A model generated the notes under the pieces. The model was not told where the DNA came from. It searched no databases and saw only the letters and a program-made list of their open reading frames with translations. A stretch of 61,448 bases of DNA, counting the filler, from Choristocarpus tenellus KU-1152 (lineage: Eukaryota; Protista; Phaeophyceae), in NCBI GenBank assembly GCA_964200185.2. It is 11 parts of 11 records of this genome, joined end to end, with 100 filler letters (N's around TTAATTAATTAA, not from the genome) between each part and the next. Parts side by side here need not be neighbours in the genome. Positions count along the whole stretch, not along the records: positions 1 to 5,439 come from CAXNAD020010771.1; positions 5,540 to 12,842 come from CAXNAD020006375.1; positions 12,943 to 20,627 come from CAXNAD020005757.1; 8 more parts are not named here. The stretch is one strand, 5' to 3'. Shown here in pieces: positions 1-13,015 of this stretch (positions within the stretch are counted from its first letter, which is position 1; each line of letters begins with the position of its first letter). The translations under genes were made by a program, and so were the position numbers.

Positions 1-376
1 GTGAAAAAAAAAGAAGCAGTTTCCTATCATTATATGCCACACAATCCCCTCACCCTACCCCCACCCCCACCTCCTTTACCCCCCTCCTGTGTCCCGATTT
101 AAATTTCACATCACCATCTCGTGTGAAGACTTGGCCCACTCAGTGCTGAAGCAAACAAAGTTTTCAGTGTGTTAAATGTTGTGGAAGAGGAAGACTTGAC
201 TGCCGTGGTCCCACTTTTTTTTTTTTAGTTGCCCTAATGCATACCACAGGTTGAGATTCTCGTTTCAAACTAAAACAAAAAGAAAACAATAAAATAAAAT
301 AAAACTCTTGTTGAGCCAACTACGGACTCTCTCCTTCTGTCTGCGTATCCCACCCTAGCAAAACTCTAGGCACATT

Positions 377-400
377 TCTCTCTCTCTCTCTCTCTCTCTC
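377..400. repeat. (CT)n microsatellite
   Basis: Perfect CT dinucleotide run in intronic sequence. Confidence 0.9.
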
Positions 401-568
401 CTGGGGCAGTAGTGTACTTGGACATTTTTTGCACCTTGCTGGTTTTTTTTATAACCTTGAAAAATTAATGGGTGTTCCAACCTGCGGCATTACTGTGTGT
501 GTGTGTGTACGTAATGCTCTGCAAACCTCTCTGTTCGTTTCTGGTGCGCTCTTTGACTGTGTTGGCAG

Positions 569-3562
569 GCATGTGAGGACCTCCCTGTCCAAGGCGCTGT
601 TGGCGGAGTGGAGGACCGTGTACGACAAGCTGGCGCCAAAAGGCCCGTACCTCAAGAGTCTTCAAGAGGTGTGGTACAACATGGAACGACTGTTCTCTAT
701 TTTACCTTCCCCCCCCCAAAAACCCCAACAACAACAACAACAACAACAACAACAAACAAACACACATGCATGCATGCACACACACACGCCTGTCTGTATT
801 TTCTTGATTTGAAGTGTCTACTCTGGAGTATACGGTTGAAGTATACTTGAGGTTATCTGTTGTTGCAAGTATACTTGGGGTACATGGTGAGTGCTCTTCC
901 ATGCTTGTAACCAGCTACCAATATGACGATATGTTGTCCCACACAACCGGTTAGTTACATTATTGTTCATTAGCTTGTATCACGGTTGAGGAGAGAGTGA
1001 GATACCTTCACTAGGTGGGGCTCACCAATCCTTACATTGAATGACTCAGAATACCAAATGACTCAACAGTTCTCTAGTACACGTCAGAAACACTCCGCCT
1101 ATAACAGTCTGCCGATTACTTCTGGTCAAATACCCTAACCCTAAATATCCCGAATGTTCTGCATTATCATCTGTACATACATAAAAGAATACTTCAAATC
1201 AGGTTCTCACAAACGGTCAAGCATAATCTTGACAAGTGTTTTTAATTTGTGTGCTGTCTGTTGTAATAGGTTGGGAGGCGTCGCCTCCGGAATGTGTGTC
1301 TCTCGTACCTCTACCAGGCCAAGGATACCCAGAGTGCCCAGCTTTGCCTGAAGCAGTTCAAGTCAGCATCGGATTGTATGACGGACAAGCTGGCGGCGGT
1401 GTCGTGCCTCACAGGCATTCCAGGCCCGGAGTGTGATGAAGCTCTCAGTTGCTTTTACAATGATGCTGGAGGTAATGCGCTGGTCCTCAACAAGTGGTTT
1501 GCCATTCAGGTACGCCTGCTTGCTTGGAGTTCCTGAGGAGGAGGCTTGTAGTTTGTGGAGGGTGTGAACATGTGTGCATTATTTATTTCTTGCCTGGTCG
1601 TTCTCTTGTCTTTTTTCAGTTTTTTTTTCCTTCTAGTCTCTTTTGATCGACAGAGACTTGAGCGGTTTTTGTGTTGTGTGAGTTCGTTCATGGAATGGTA
1701 CTTTATGGTACTTTATGGTACTTTCCTTGGTTCAGAGTGAGACCAATCAAACTGTTTTTGGGGGCAGGCTGTAAAGAAGTACACAAGGTTGTCTCAGGTA
1801 TTAATTGCTTCTTGTTGGGGTCTTGCAAGAACCTGATTATTATTATTGTTGTTGTTATTGTTAGTATTGGTGTTGGTGGTGTTGTTGTTGTTTTTATTAT
1901 TATTTTTATTATTGGGTTAGGGTTAGTATTGGTGTTAGTGTTACTTTTATTACTATTTTATTTTTATTATTATTATTATTATTGTGATGGGTGACAGCAA
2001 CCCAGGGTGGAATGAACAGCGAGGCAACTATGATTATGATGCTCAAGACAAGCCCGTCGACATTCTCGTGTGGAAAATCCCTCTTCTACATCACACACTC
2101 CTCCACCCCACCACCCCCAACGATGGTCCACATCCTCAGTCCCAACCAACCTTGCGTGGTGCCTGCCATGCTTCACTCCGCCCCCCATTATTCTTTTTTA
2201 TTATTATTTTGGTGGAGACAGGCTACGGCAGACGTGCCTGACCTATTGGAGCAGGTCAAGGGCCTGATGAAGCACCCGGATTTCACCCTCAAGAACCCCA
2301 ATCGGGTTCGTTCGGTGGTGTCGGCCTTTGTCACTTGTCAGGACAAGTTCCATGCCAAAGATGGTTCTGGGTACGCCTTCCTGGGTGACACAGTGCTGGA
2401 GCTTGACAAGCTGAACCCTCAGGTGTGAGCTCTGGGTGGGAAAGGTGGTGGGATTTGATAACAGTATTGTGTGTGTGTGTGCTGATGTTCCTGTCTAAAC
2501 AGCATCGACCCAAGTATACTACAATGAAAATAGTTGAAGTATTTGTGTATTGTAGGAGGTTATCGCACACCTTTGTAGTTAAAGTACGTACCAATTTTGT
2601 TTTGTGTATTATGTTTGTCTGTGTGTGTGTTTTTTTTCTATTACATGTTGTGTGCTTTTGAGAAGAAGGGGTGTGCATGTAACTTGTCTGTGTGATGATT
2701 GGTGTGCTGGTTAGTAGTTTTCCTTTCAAGTCAAGACTAGTTGCCGTGTGTTGCTGTTTGGGCAAGTGTGAATGATATCTCTGATGGAATGGCAGTTACT
2801 CTAAGGAATGTGGACAGTGGAAAACAACGAGCATGGGGCATGCAGTCCAAGGAGGATGCAGAGGTGCTCCCTGGTACGCAGTTTTCCTAACATTATTACT
2901 AAATAGTGCATTGTGCTTCTGTGGAACTGAGGAGGGTGCCTGCTTCCTCTTGCCTTGGTGTTTTAAGTGTTCTACGATGTGTTTGGATGGTTTAGAGGTA
3001 ATGTATGGGTTGAGAGTCAATGCTTCCGTGAGGGGGGAGGTGTGTATTGGGCAATTTAAGTTCTAAGAAGGGTTTTCAACTGTTGTCTGAAGTGAGATTA
3101 GAGATATTTGAAGAACAAAAAAGAAAAGAGCATCGATAAGGACAACATCTGTAAGCTGAACGCTCTCACAAAGAGCGTCAAAACACACTCAAATGGATTG
3201 ATTCAGGAGCAGCAGGGCAATTGCTCCTTGAGGGTACACAGTATGCATTGTAGCCAATTCCCAATCCCCACCATGCAGACAAAAATGCTCTCGTCTCCCT
3301 TCTTGCCTAACTCCCTGTCTTTCCCCCCTGATCATACTGCCTTCGCCTTCATCCCTGATGACCCTGTGTGTGTACAACTAATGTGTGTACAACTAATGTG
3401 TGTATTTTGTTGAAGGTTGCCTCTCGAATGACGACTGCTTTCAGCTCATGGAGACGATTTAATGAGGGAAGGCAGGCCATGATGAAGGAGCAACTGACAC
3501 GCATCTGCAACTCCTCCCCCTCGAAGAACACCTTAGAAGTGGCCTCCCGATGTCTTGCCTAA
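569..3562 (+). CDS. Aminopeptidase N (M1 family, PepN-type), C-terminal helical domain; 5'-partial, 4 exons
   Basis: Exons 569-668, 1270-1509, 2222-2422 and 3416-3562 have AG/GT boundaries and splice in frame. They give ...VGRRRLRNVCLSYL...CMTDKLAA...LVLNKWFAIQ-ATADVPDLLEQVKGLMKHPDFTLKNPNRVRSVVSAF...[40 protein letters not shown]...SKNTLEVASRCLA*. KWF, NPNR, FHxxDGSGY and LDxLNPQVAS are characteristic PepN C-terminal motifs. Confidence 0.93.
726..754. repeat. (CAA)n microsatellite
   Basis: CAA run in an aminopeptidase intron; it produces the spurious poly-Q and poly-T ORFs. Confidence 0.9.
1836..1984. repeat. Compound (TAT/TGT/GGT)n trinucleotide low-complexity tract
   Basis: Mixed TTA/TTG/GGT triplet runs in an intron. 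Confidence 0.85.
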
Positions 3563-5439
3563 GAGACAGGGGATACCACCACCTGGGGAGGATTAGACAG
3601 GAGAAATAGGTCTGCCTCGATGGACCAGTCGCCAGAGAGAGAGAGACAGAGAGAGACAGTGTGAGGGAGAAAGTGGGACTGATCTAAATGGGGCTCCTAG
3701 TTCATGCTCTGCGGTGCAAAGGGGTAGGGCTTGGGGAGTACTGCTAGGGTTTGGGAGGTAGAGAGCTGGGTTGGCAAGGGAGGACAATGAGGCTGTTGTT
3801 GTAGTGGAAGATCAAGGTCAGACTTACACCTGAAGTAGGACTCTAGTACATTCCAGCTGATGGTTGCCATGAAGTATCAGACTAGATATTGTTGGTATGA
3901 CCAATTTTGATCAGTAAGCAATGACACAAGGAAGATCCGGTACCATATCTTGATAACTATCAATCTGTCCAACCCGTTTCATGGATCCTCCTGTTCCTGG
4001 GTTTGTGCCACTCTCCCTTGCTCCGGGCCACTATTTTTATAGTACATCATGTCCTGCAATGCCCACTCTTGCAGTGCTAGCGTATTTTGAGATTTGCAGC
4101 ACCTTGGACAGGTTCACGATCTGCGCAGCACAAACTGGCTTCTTTTATGTTATGATAGGCAAGTAGTTAGGCTTTTGAGAAGTGTGACTTTTGTTGCCTG
4201 AGGTAAGCTAAGAGTCTATTGACGGCTGTGTGTGTGTGATACTGTCATCATTTGATGATGGTTCGCACAGAGCCTAAGAACAGGCACCAAGGGCATTGTA
4301 TGGCCTGAAAGCATGGCGATGGCCCTTAGGGAATCAAATGTTATCAGTTCTCTTGCCCCTCATTTATATTTCTAACTTTCGGCACTCAATGGAAATCTAC
4401 TACCTGTTGTCATTGTTTTGATGTTGGCTATTCCTTGCGGTCAATGATTGCACAATGTTCTTGTTCCTAAATTAGAGTGCTCCGCCAAGACAGAACCTTG
4501 CCTTCACAGTCAATGCTGACAGTGGTCATACATATGGCTGTCCCGAAGTATCCTGAGGATGTCCCTTTTTGGATGTGTATGGTGCATGACGATGACTGTG
4601 TGTAACAGATTACAGGCTGAAACTCTCTCAAGCTCTTCAAACAGCCTCAGCAAAATTGAGGATGGAGCATACTATGGAGGACGAGTTTGACCCAAAATGG
4701 TGCGTGGATAGTGCCCATAAGTTTTTATTGTAAACGTTGCGGCACGTTTTATGGGCCCCTTATTGAATGGGAATCCGTGCCGAAGGTGGTAATAGGACAG
4801 TGTGTGGCAATGATTTCTTTTGATCGTTATGAATATGTATGCCCTGCGTTGGATTGCCTGCTTGTATAATTAGTGCGGTCGATGGAGTTGTTTGACTATC
4901 GATGGTGGAGGTGGTAGAAAAAAATATTACTTCGAAGTAGTTTTTGGGGGGCGGCGTTTCATCGTCATTTTGAATAGTTGACTGACAAGAAGAGAAGAAG
5001 TGTTATTTGCCCATTTGATTATATTGTTTATCAATTATTGCTATCGTCGCCAAGTAGAAGAAGAAGCTAACATTGAGCGCATGTGAGTATTGACGGTATA
5101 TGATGATCGACCTCTTTGTACGAAATTGTCAGTCATGGCCGAGATATCGTTTGTTAAAATCTGCCCCCCCCCCCCCACCCTGTCAGATACACCGATCTGC
5201 ATTTGTCAATTTTCTCGGGAAACTTATTGGACTGGTAATACATCGAAAGAGAACAGGGAGAGGGAGAATAAGGCCACAACAGTTCAGGGCTAAAATTTAG
5301 TTTAAAAAAATCTTGTATCAGAGAAAATGAAGAAAACACTAGCTTTTGCAATTTGCTGCTCATTCAACAGGGGAATCTGAAAATTGAGTAAGGCGCGGGA
5401 CTATGAGGATCATTTTTTTGCGAAAACGGACTTTAAAAA

Positions 5440-5539
5440 NNNNNNNNNNNNNNNNNNNNNNNNNNNNNNNNNNNNNNNNNNNNTTAATTAATTAANNNNN
5501 NNNNNNNNNNNNNNNNNNNNNNNNNNNNNNNNNNNNNNN
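5440..5539. other. Artificial contig linker (N44-TTAATTAATTAA-N44), first of ten
   Basis: Identical 100-bp spacers with six-frame stops also occur at 12843-12942, 20628-20727, 26415-26514, 29773-29872, 34097-34196, 42916-43015, 49081-49180, 52101-52200 and 55638-55737. Confidence 0.99.
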
Positions 5540-5602
5540 CCCACCCCAACCGGCCGCCCCCTCCCCCCCCCTCCCCCCCTCCCCCCCCAGATACTTTGAC
5601 CC
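5540..5602 (-). mobile_element. Terminus of MITE subfamily B (GGGTCAAAGTATCT + G-run) at contig start
   Basis: Poly-C followed by AGATACTTTGACCC, the reverse complement of the shared TIR. Confidence 0.75.
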
Positions 5603-5887
5603 CGGGGTGCTTTACAACACCATGATTCCTCTTCACTCGTAGTCTACACATTTCGCTTACATATACAATGCATTCGATTCAGGTTTCAACACTTTTCACC
5701 CTACGACTGCCCCCCCTCGTGTATTCTAGATTGGTTGCATTTACTCACAATCGCTCCCCTTCCTATCCGCAACTTGTATTTATATTTTATTCCACGGCAG
5801 GCGCTGGATTAACGCCAACATCCTCCCTCCACCCGTCCAAGCGGGCCTGACCTCAAATTTGGCAAAACATCTTGTACCTCGAACAAG

Positions 5888-6065
5888 GACCCAAAGTATC
5901 TGCGAGGGGGGGGATCTACACCAGGGTGTCCATTTCGACCGTAACCAGGAAAAGTGCACTTACATTTTTAATCCGACATATCCAACCAAATCACACAAAA
6001 AGAGCAACATGAATAAATGGATTCCAAATGGACAGCCGCCACACACACCCCAGATACTTTCAGTC
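5888..6065 (+). mobile_element. Complete 178-bp MITE, subfamily B
   Basis: Imperfect TIRs GACCCAAAGTATCTG...CAGATACTTTCAGTC, flanked by the 3-bp direct repeat AAG (5885-5887 and 6066-6068). Confidence 0.8.
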
Positions 6066-6278
6066 AAGTTCACCTCCAGCACTGACGACTCTGTTGAGGA
6101 CACCAATGAGCTGATGCACATCATGCAGCGCTTGAGTGTCGGCACGATGAGGGGCCATGTTGATGACGATCTCTCCGATGCTCTGGAAGTTCTGCAGATC
6201 AAACCTAGCGGGAAACCGCCTCTCAGGCTTCCATTGACGCAGTGAGAGCGTAGATCAGTGTGGAAGACCACGATGAAG

Positions 6279-6332
6279 TTGGATTTTTTTCCCCAAACGG
6301 ACGCGGCTCCACCCTCTAAGATACTCTGACTC
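6279..6332 (-). mobile_element. MITE subfamily A terminal fragment
   Basis: CCCCAAACGGACGCGG...ACCCTCTAAGATACTCTGACTC matches the ends of the copies at 46050 and 54090. Confidence 0.7.
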
Positions 6333-7080
6333 TTCTTAATGTCGTGTGCTATGCACGTCTCAATTTTCTATAGAGTAGGTTCCGCTTAATTCACATACTC
6401 GCTCTTGTCGTCAGTTGGAGCCCTTGCCGCTTGTTTACGTCCTCCTTCATTGCAATCGTGGCTTTCAGGTAAAGAAGTAACCAGCAGTTCCATCAGTCAC
6501 AATTCAATCGCAGGTGGCTAAGGGAGCACAATGTGTGCTTTGTATGTGACCCGCAGGTGTACCTCTGTCAAGAAGTCGTGGAAAGGCAAAAGAGGAATCT
6601 GTTGAACTATCCCAGACTGGACCCGCGGCTTAGAATGAAGGACAAAGAACAGCTTGATGTAGATGAGTAACGTTAATATTACAAGGGACCTTATGGTCTC
6701 GATTCCGCTGACTAACTACGTGGGTAAGACTGTAGCCTAGGCTACCATTATTATTTTTATAGTGTGAGGTTTGTAACCGTCCACACTAAATTACTATGAA
6801 TCACTTATTTGCTTGTCTTATTAAGTATAGGAAGTATATCTTGAACATGATACAAAAAATATTCAACACTATGAGTCAGTACATATAATTTATCTGTCAC
6901 TGGCTCTCCATCCTATTATCTAATTCACCGGTGGTGTCTACATGTATCAGCAGCACTATCTACGAACAGAATCGACACTTGGTGCTCTGGAAAAGGTTTT
7001 GATTTAAAGTCATCACATTGGACGGTACCTTATGAAGAGGGAGATTGGGAAGAACTCAACAGGACATAATTTTTTTGCTT

Positions 7081-7335
7081 GAGCCAAGGTATCTTAGAGG
7101 GTAGGACCGCGTCCATTTGGGGGCCAAAATCCAATGTTCCGATTATGATGTAATTTTGGCTGTCGTGTTTTTAAGAAGTGTCAGTATCCTTGTTCCAGAC
7201 ACACCATTTCATAACGTGTACTTTTTACCTACTCCAAAACATTCTGGAGTTGAAAATTTCATTAAAAATCCATGGGAAGCCAAGTCCCAAATGAACAAAC
7301 AGGGTAAAATTCGTACCATCTAAGATCTTTCACTC
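7081..7335 (+). mobile_element. Complete 255-bp MITE, subfamily A
   Basis: TIRs GAGCCAAGGTATCTTAGAGGGTA...TACCATCTAAGATCTTTCACTC with the 3-bp direct repeat CTT on both sides; the interior aligns by eye with the other copies. Confidence 0.85.
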
Positions 7336-8357
7336 CTTATTCCAAGGAGGGTCAGGTATGACATGAGAAGATCGGAACTTGGGGACCCTTACCTTGTTGA
7401 GCCAAATTAAAGGCTCGATCTCTTCGTGCAATCTTCTTGCTGCTATTTCTTCCCTCTTTCCTCTTCCTCCCTCGCCCCTTTTGTTCCCCCTCTCCCCACC
7501 ACCCCCTTCCTCCCTCCCACCCCTTCTCCTGTCTGTTCTTCCAACAAACCCATCCTACATCAAAAGTGCCTTTCTCAATATCCTAATCTCCTTGGTCCTC
7601 CATGAGAGATTGCTCAGAGGTTGCCTTGTTCTAGCCTTGCTTGTCCTGTCCCATCAATCTCGGGTTTCCTTATGTTCTAATCCATCCCCTCCTACCTGGT
7701 GCATCCACCTACCACCCATTTTGTTTTAACTTCCCTCCTCCCTCTTCTGTCTCCTAGTCCTCTGTCCTCTTAGGTCTTTGTCAATTCCATCATTAATTTC
7801 ATTTTTACCCTAACCAGCCCTCTCTTCCCCACACATCATTCCTATCATACTTCTTCCCCCAAAACTCAGATTACTTCATAAACTTCCCCTTGTTGAAGAA
7901 CTGTTAAGAAAAAAAAAGGTAGATAACTGGATGCTTGATAGTAATCTTGCGGTTAAATGACCTAGAGAACAATCTTCAGCTTCTTCCAGTATCACAAAAA
8001 GAATTCTAGAAAAGGAATGTTGTACCAAGCAAGTAACATATATTGAGTGTGAAACAGATGGAAACAAGCCAACAGGTTCTTCGTAATGAAGGGGAGCGGG
8101 AAGACCCACAGGAGGCAAGGAAAAGGAGAGCGACAAGTCAAGAGGGAGTGCAATCCCTCAGAAGATCACTCGGGAAATTAGTGAACAAGTGGTAACTGAA
8201 TGAGGAGGGTTTGTAAGATCCCCTCAAACCACCCGATCTCACTTCAAGCAGATGTTTATCTTCAACTTGCAAAAGATCAAATATCATATGAATATCGGAT
8301 TCTTCAAGATACGTTACCTTCAGGGTATACCTTCTTTGGAAGATGGCTCACACATCA

Positions 8358-11300
8358 CCCCCTCCCCTATGTGGTTTGATGCAGGTATAAAAACAACACA
8401 GGTGTCAAAGGGAAATGAAGGGAATTTGAGTGCAGAAAAAGTGACATGAGCATTGAAGAAAAAATAATAATATCTCAACAAAGAAATACTGTCTTGCAAG
8501 ACTGTTGTGTACACAAAAATATCTGCATATTTCCAAAAATGCAGAGCAAATAGTGTTTTCGTGAGGCCTCACAACTTAGCACTTGTAACTAAGGTTGATT
8601 TGGTGGCAACCAAATCATTGCCGCTTCACCCTGATCAGGGGTGAAATAATAAAACATATCTGGGCAAATGGAACCATCACGATTTCGATGTATCAGATAT
8701 GACCACGTCTGGTTAAATCTTCAACGTGAAAAGGGGCATGGGCAGGGACTTGCTAGACTTAGCATGAGATCCTGTTAACTCCAGCAAGGAGATACAGATG
8801 CAAAAGCATGGACCATCATCTCCAATGAGGAGGAAAAAGAACATGGGAGACTCCCAGAGGGAGTGCAGAAATCACGATCAAATTACAGCTGTATAGCTGC
8901 TGCACCAATCAGTATATACTTGCGTATATAAAATTCAAGAGCATATCACATGAATATTCTAATCAGTCAGTAAATAAAGAAAGTAAATTTTATTAAACAA
9001 AACAACCACAAATCATTGAATGAAACACAAATATAATTTGCAATAACAAATATATTTAAATATATATCACCTCCAATATGAAGTCCAACCAAGTATGGAC
9101 ACTTTTCACGGGTCAGAGTGGGAACCAAAGTTTTGTGTTGGAATTAGGTGTATCCAGACAATGTTGTTGCCGATATGCAGCAATCATTTTTGCACATTGT
9201 GGCAGATTACATGGACGATAGAATACATCAGAAGCATAATCATAACCTTTCAGGCGTAATCTATATTTTATGCTCATAGGTGAATGAGGCCCAAAGTCAA
9301 ACTTGTGTCCCACATTGGCATAAATAATATAAGGACCAATGGTTACCGGGGATTCTAAATCATCAAGATCTGGTAAGGGCAAAGTACACCCAAGAAAAAA
9401 AAACATGGAGTTTCATTCAATCAGGTTCGGGTGGTTTTGTGTTCGGAATGTAAGGTTTCAAATGGGCTAAGTAAACAGAAATATCTTTGATGTCACCTTG
9501 TTTGCGGACAAAGTAAACTACAGGGGAAATCTTGGTAGTCCCTGTGAAAGTTCCACATCAGGGGTGAATCAATTTTGGGTTAGGTACGTCACGGTAGTAT
9601 GTGAACAATGCAGCGAAACTTGAGCTCTAACTTGAAACACAGGAAAAACAAGAATTTCATTGCTAGCCATTCTCTTAGCACTCCGTGCTCCCAGATTGCG
9701 ACAGGCTAACTCAAAAGCTAACTGTAGATTCTCAGCTGTTGATTGAGAAAACTCTTGACTAGATTGTGATACTGTTGACTTGGATGGGCAAAAAAAAAAT
9801 GGCATGGACCCGCAATGTTGGTCGGCTTCAAAACACAGAAAATATTGTAATGTGGTGTTGTACACCATATTTTGAACAAGTTGAACGAATGTAACAGCAG
9901 TATCCCAATCGTTCTCTGTAGTGTTACTGTACATGAATAACAACTAATACAGAGTGGAATTGACATGCTTCAAAACAAAGTTACCCTGTGATGGACTGGG
10001 GGTGGTACTAGTTTTATGGCACCTAAACATTGTAATTCCAGAACAAGTATATTTTAAAGTTCTGAACTGAAGTCAGAGTGAAGAATTCCAGATGCACCTA
10101 ATATTGAAAATAATATTTTCAACAACTTTTGGCAATGGTCACCTCTTGTTTGTCTGGAGTGGGAATGAGAAAAGACAAAGCGTGTCAATTGGAACATAGC
10201 TGTAAGAACATATCAACACCCCTGGAAAGTGGTCTTATACTGCACAAAATTGAGAGTAACCCATCCAAATAAATCGAGTTGTGGGAATTGTCCTTGAGAC
10301 AAAGTAGAACGTCTGTGAGAAATTTTCATTGTTGGCATAATTGAGAAATCTCTCATACCTATCTCTGATATATTTCTGAAACACGGACCACCATCAGTAT
10401 CAGTACCAGACCTTTAGGAGCAAAAGCAGGTGATCATGACTGATATGCAAAAACAGGGATTCGACATTCTTTTGGAACCACTAACTGACCACGAAAAGTA
10501 CAGTGTTTGCGATTATATGGTCTGGGAAATATAATCAGCCAAGGAAGTTTCAGCATAACATAAGAAAAATGGTACTCTATGGGACCTCCTGTGGAAGTCA
10601 GAGTGGTGAGTTGGGGGCCTCAAAATACGGCAAAATAAGGGAAAATTGATTCATTTGTGCTGAACTAATTTTGGTGTGGTACAAAGTTGGAAGATATTAA
10701 CTGAAGTACTGAAACGTTTACGTTCACTCTGAATTACATCCAATTCGTGAAGTCAATCTGGATATATTTGGTAGGCTTGACATGGGGTTACAGTACTTGA
10801 CAATGTATTTTCCACAATATTCCTGCAAATCGGAGCAAGTACTTTCGGATGATCTCATTATCCAAAAGGCAAGAAAGGGTATCAAGTATAACATTGTTTC
10901 TGCCTGGTTTATGATGAGCTGAAAGTCGAAACATTGGAGAGCAAGAGCTCAATATGTCAACATATTATCTGTATCTTGCATGTAATACAGATATCTGAGT
11001 ACCGCATGGTCAGTGAATAAATCAATATGTCGACCCCAAAGATATGGAAGGCAGTGGTTAATGGCATGGACTACTGCTAAACATTCTTTATATGTGGTTG
11101 AGTAATTTCGTTGTGCTCCATCAAATTTCTTGCTAAAATAAGCCACAATATGAAGTGAGGTGCTCGTTCGATCATCTGACGCATTTTGAGCAAGAAAACC
11201 ACCACTGCCCAAGTTTGAAGCATCCACATGTACCACAAAAGATGTTGAAAAATCAGGGTAGTGTAAGAGGGGCACCGAGGTAAATGCCGTTTTAGTTTTT

Positions 11301-12760
11301 CCAATGCGGTATCGTGAACTCATGTCCATGCTTTTCCAATTTCACCAGAAGGATGTGCTACAAATTCTTCACGTGTGAATTTTAGAAGGGGTTCTGTCAG
11401 GTCTGTATAATGTGGGATGAAGTTTCTACAAAAAATGCATATACCGAGGATAGAACGAACGTCTTTGATTGTTCAAGGAGTGGGTAGGTCAACAATAGCT
11501 TGAATTCGAGCTTTTCCAAGACGTAACCCTGCACTAGAAACAATATGACCAAGGTATTCAACTTCTGCTGGACCAAACTTCAGTTAAGAAGGTTTTAAAG
11601 CAAGACCGGCATTTTGAAGGGCCATAAAAAGCTTTTCAGGCAAAGTTATGTGACGGTCCCAAGTGGCAGAACAAAGAATGAGATAGTCCATGTAACAAAG
11701 CAGACCCGACCCCGTGCTAAAATCAGACATAGCTCAAGCCATCATGCGTTGGAAAATAAAGGGGGCATTACTAAGACCAAAAGGAAGCCGTTTCCACACA
11801 AACTTGCCTTTATGGGTGACAAAAGCAATTTTGTCATCAATGTCTGCTTCCGCCACAGGAATTTGATGATACGCTGATTGAACTTGTGCAACAGAAATAA
11901 ATTTTGCTGCACCTATAGAGTCAAGATGTTCTTTTCAGCTAAGGGCATGGGTCAAGAACATTTGATGAGGTATTTATTTATGGTCCTCCTTCGATAATAG
12001 TGCGGTATCTTGGGGTCCCATCTGTTTTGGACGCAATAGCAACAGGGGATCCCCGTGGGGATAGAACGAGCTTCATTTAGTCCTTGATTTTGTAAATCTT
12101 CAACACATTTATCAATAATCCCTCTAACGTGTGGATTGGTTCGATGTGGTGCCCGACTAATAGGACTGGTACCTGGTTCGAGAGGAGAGTCAGCTCCAGC
12201 AATTGTGCAAGTTCCCAATTCAGAAGTGTCAAGTGAAAATACTGTTTCTTGTATTTGAGGCGAAGAGAAAGTGGTGTTGACGAAAGCAGGTTTCAATGCA
12301 TAATCAAGACGCGTTCGTTCAGATCCGGATAGAAATGTTGCAGATATAATACTAATGTGAGAGTGTCTGGTGTTGACTATATTTTCAGGGTAGATATGAC
12401 CAAGTAGAGTATTCTTTGGTAAATGAATTGCTTGTGTAGACATGAGCAATTTGTATTACCTCTGAACCATCATCAGCACCCCACGTTGTAACTGTTCAAG
12501 CAATAGCAATATATTGCCAAGGACCATTGGCATTTAACAAATCAATAACATGAAATGAACAGATACGTGGTTCCAAAATAGCATCACAAGTATCAGAGGG
12601 GGTTTCATCACTTACAGCAGGTACAAGCGTTTCTGATTCTGGGAGAATTTTTCCCCAGGTGAAATGGAACAGATGGAACTTTCACTCATATAGCGGCTAT
12701 TTGAAAATGAGGCGAAGTATCTGAAGAAAGGGTAGTACGATGTATGGCAGGTATAACAGT
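8358..12760 (-). mobile_element. Decayed Ty3/Gypsy LTR retrotransposon (RT-RNaseH-integrase-chromodomain)
   Basis: Minus-strand motifs in Gypsy order: RT (LPFGLSNAP at about 11760-11790; LCYMDY, a degenerate YMDD, at about 11680), RNase H (FVVHVDASNLGSGGFLAQ...AYFSKKF...RNYSTTYKECLAVV...FTDH, 10949-11329), integrase (GILHSDFSSEL; DWD...VQ..YN), and a chromodomain-like C-terminus (9113-9330). A polypurine tract AGGGGAGGGGG followed by TG lies at 8358-8368. Many stops and frameshifts. Confidence 0.9.
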
Positions 12761-12842
12761 GATCCAAAGTACCTGGGGGGGGGGGGGGGGGGGGGGGGGG
12801 GGGAGGGCGCGGGGGGGGGGAGGGGGGGAGTCGGGGGGGGGG
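12761..12842 (+). mobile_element. MITE subfamily B terminus plus G-run at contig end
   Basis: GATCCAAAGTACCT followed by a long poly-G. Confidence 0.6.
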
Positions 12843-12942
12843 NNNNNNNNNNNNNNNNNNNNNNNNNNNNNNNNNNNNNNNNNNNNTTAATTAATTAANN
12901 NNNNNNNNNNNNNNNNNNNNNNNNNNNNNNNNNNNNNNNNNN

Positions 12943-13015
12943 ACCAAAGATAGCGACATGGAAAAATGGGCCCCAAATGAACGGCAGTCACCCCCCCCCC
13001 AGAGTCTTTGATCTC
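12943..13015 (+). mobile_element. MITE subfamily B right end at contig start
   Basis: Aligns with 5995-6065 (CATG..AAATGG..CCAAATG.ACGGC...CCCC-AGA..CTTTGA). Confidence 0.65.

Larger units (their letters stand above)
5801..6670 (+). pseudogene. Degenerate spliced coding remnant interrupted by MITEs (family unknown)
   Basis: An acceptor at 5800 is followed by protein-like reading (RWINANILPPPVQAG..., NKFTSSTDDSVEDTNELMHIMQRL...KPPLRLPLTQ*ERRSVWKT) broken by a MITE, a frameshift and a stop. A terminal-exon-like stretch VYLCQEVVERQKRNLLNYPRLDPRLRMKDKEQLDVDE* follows CAG at about 6556. Confidence 0.35.

Noticed and set aside
1132-1146. Telomere-like CCCTAACCCTAAA (also G/T-rich runs at 34495-34540)
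   Set aside because: Only about two units or irregular, and intronic; not telomeric arrays.
5484-5495. Recurrent TTAATTAATTAA palindrome flanked by Ns
   Set aside because: It is identical in all ten gaps and is an artificial six-frame-stop linker, not biology. ORFs containing X runs are artefacts.
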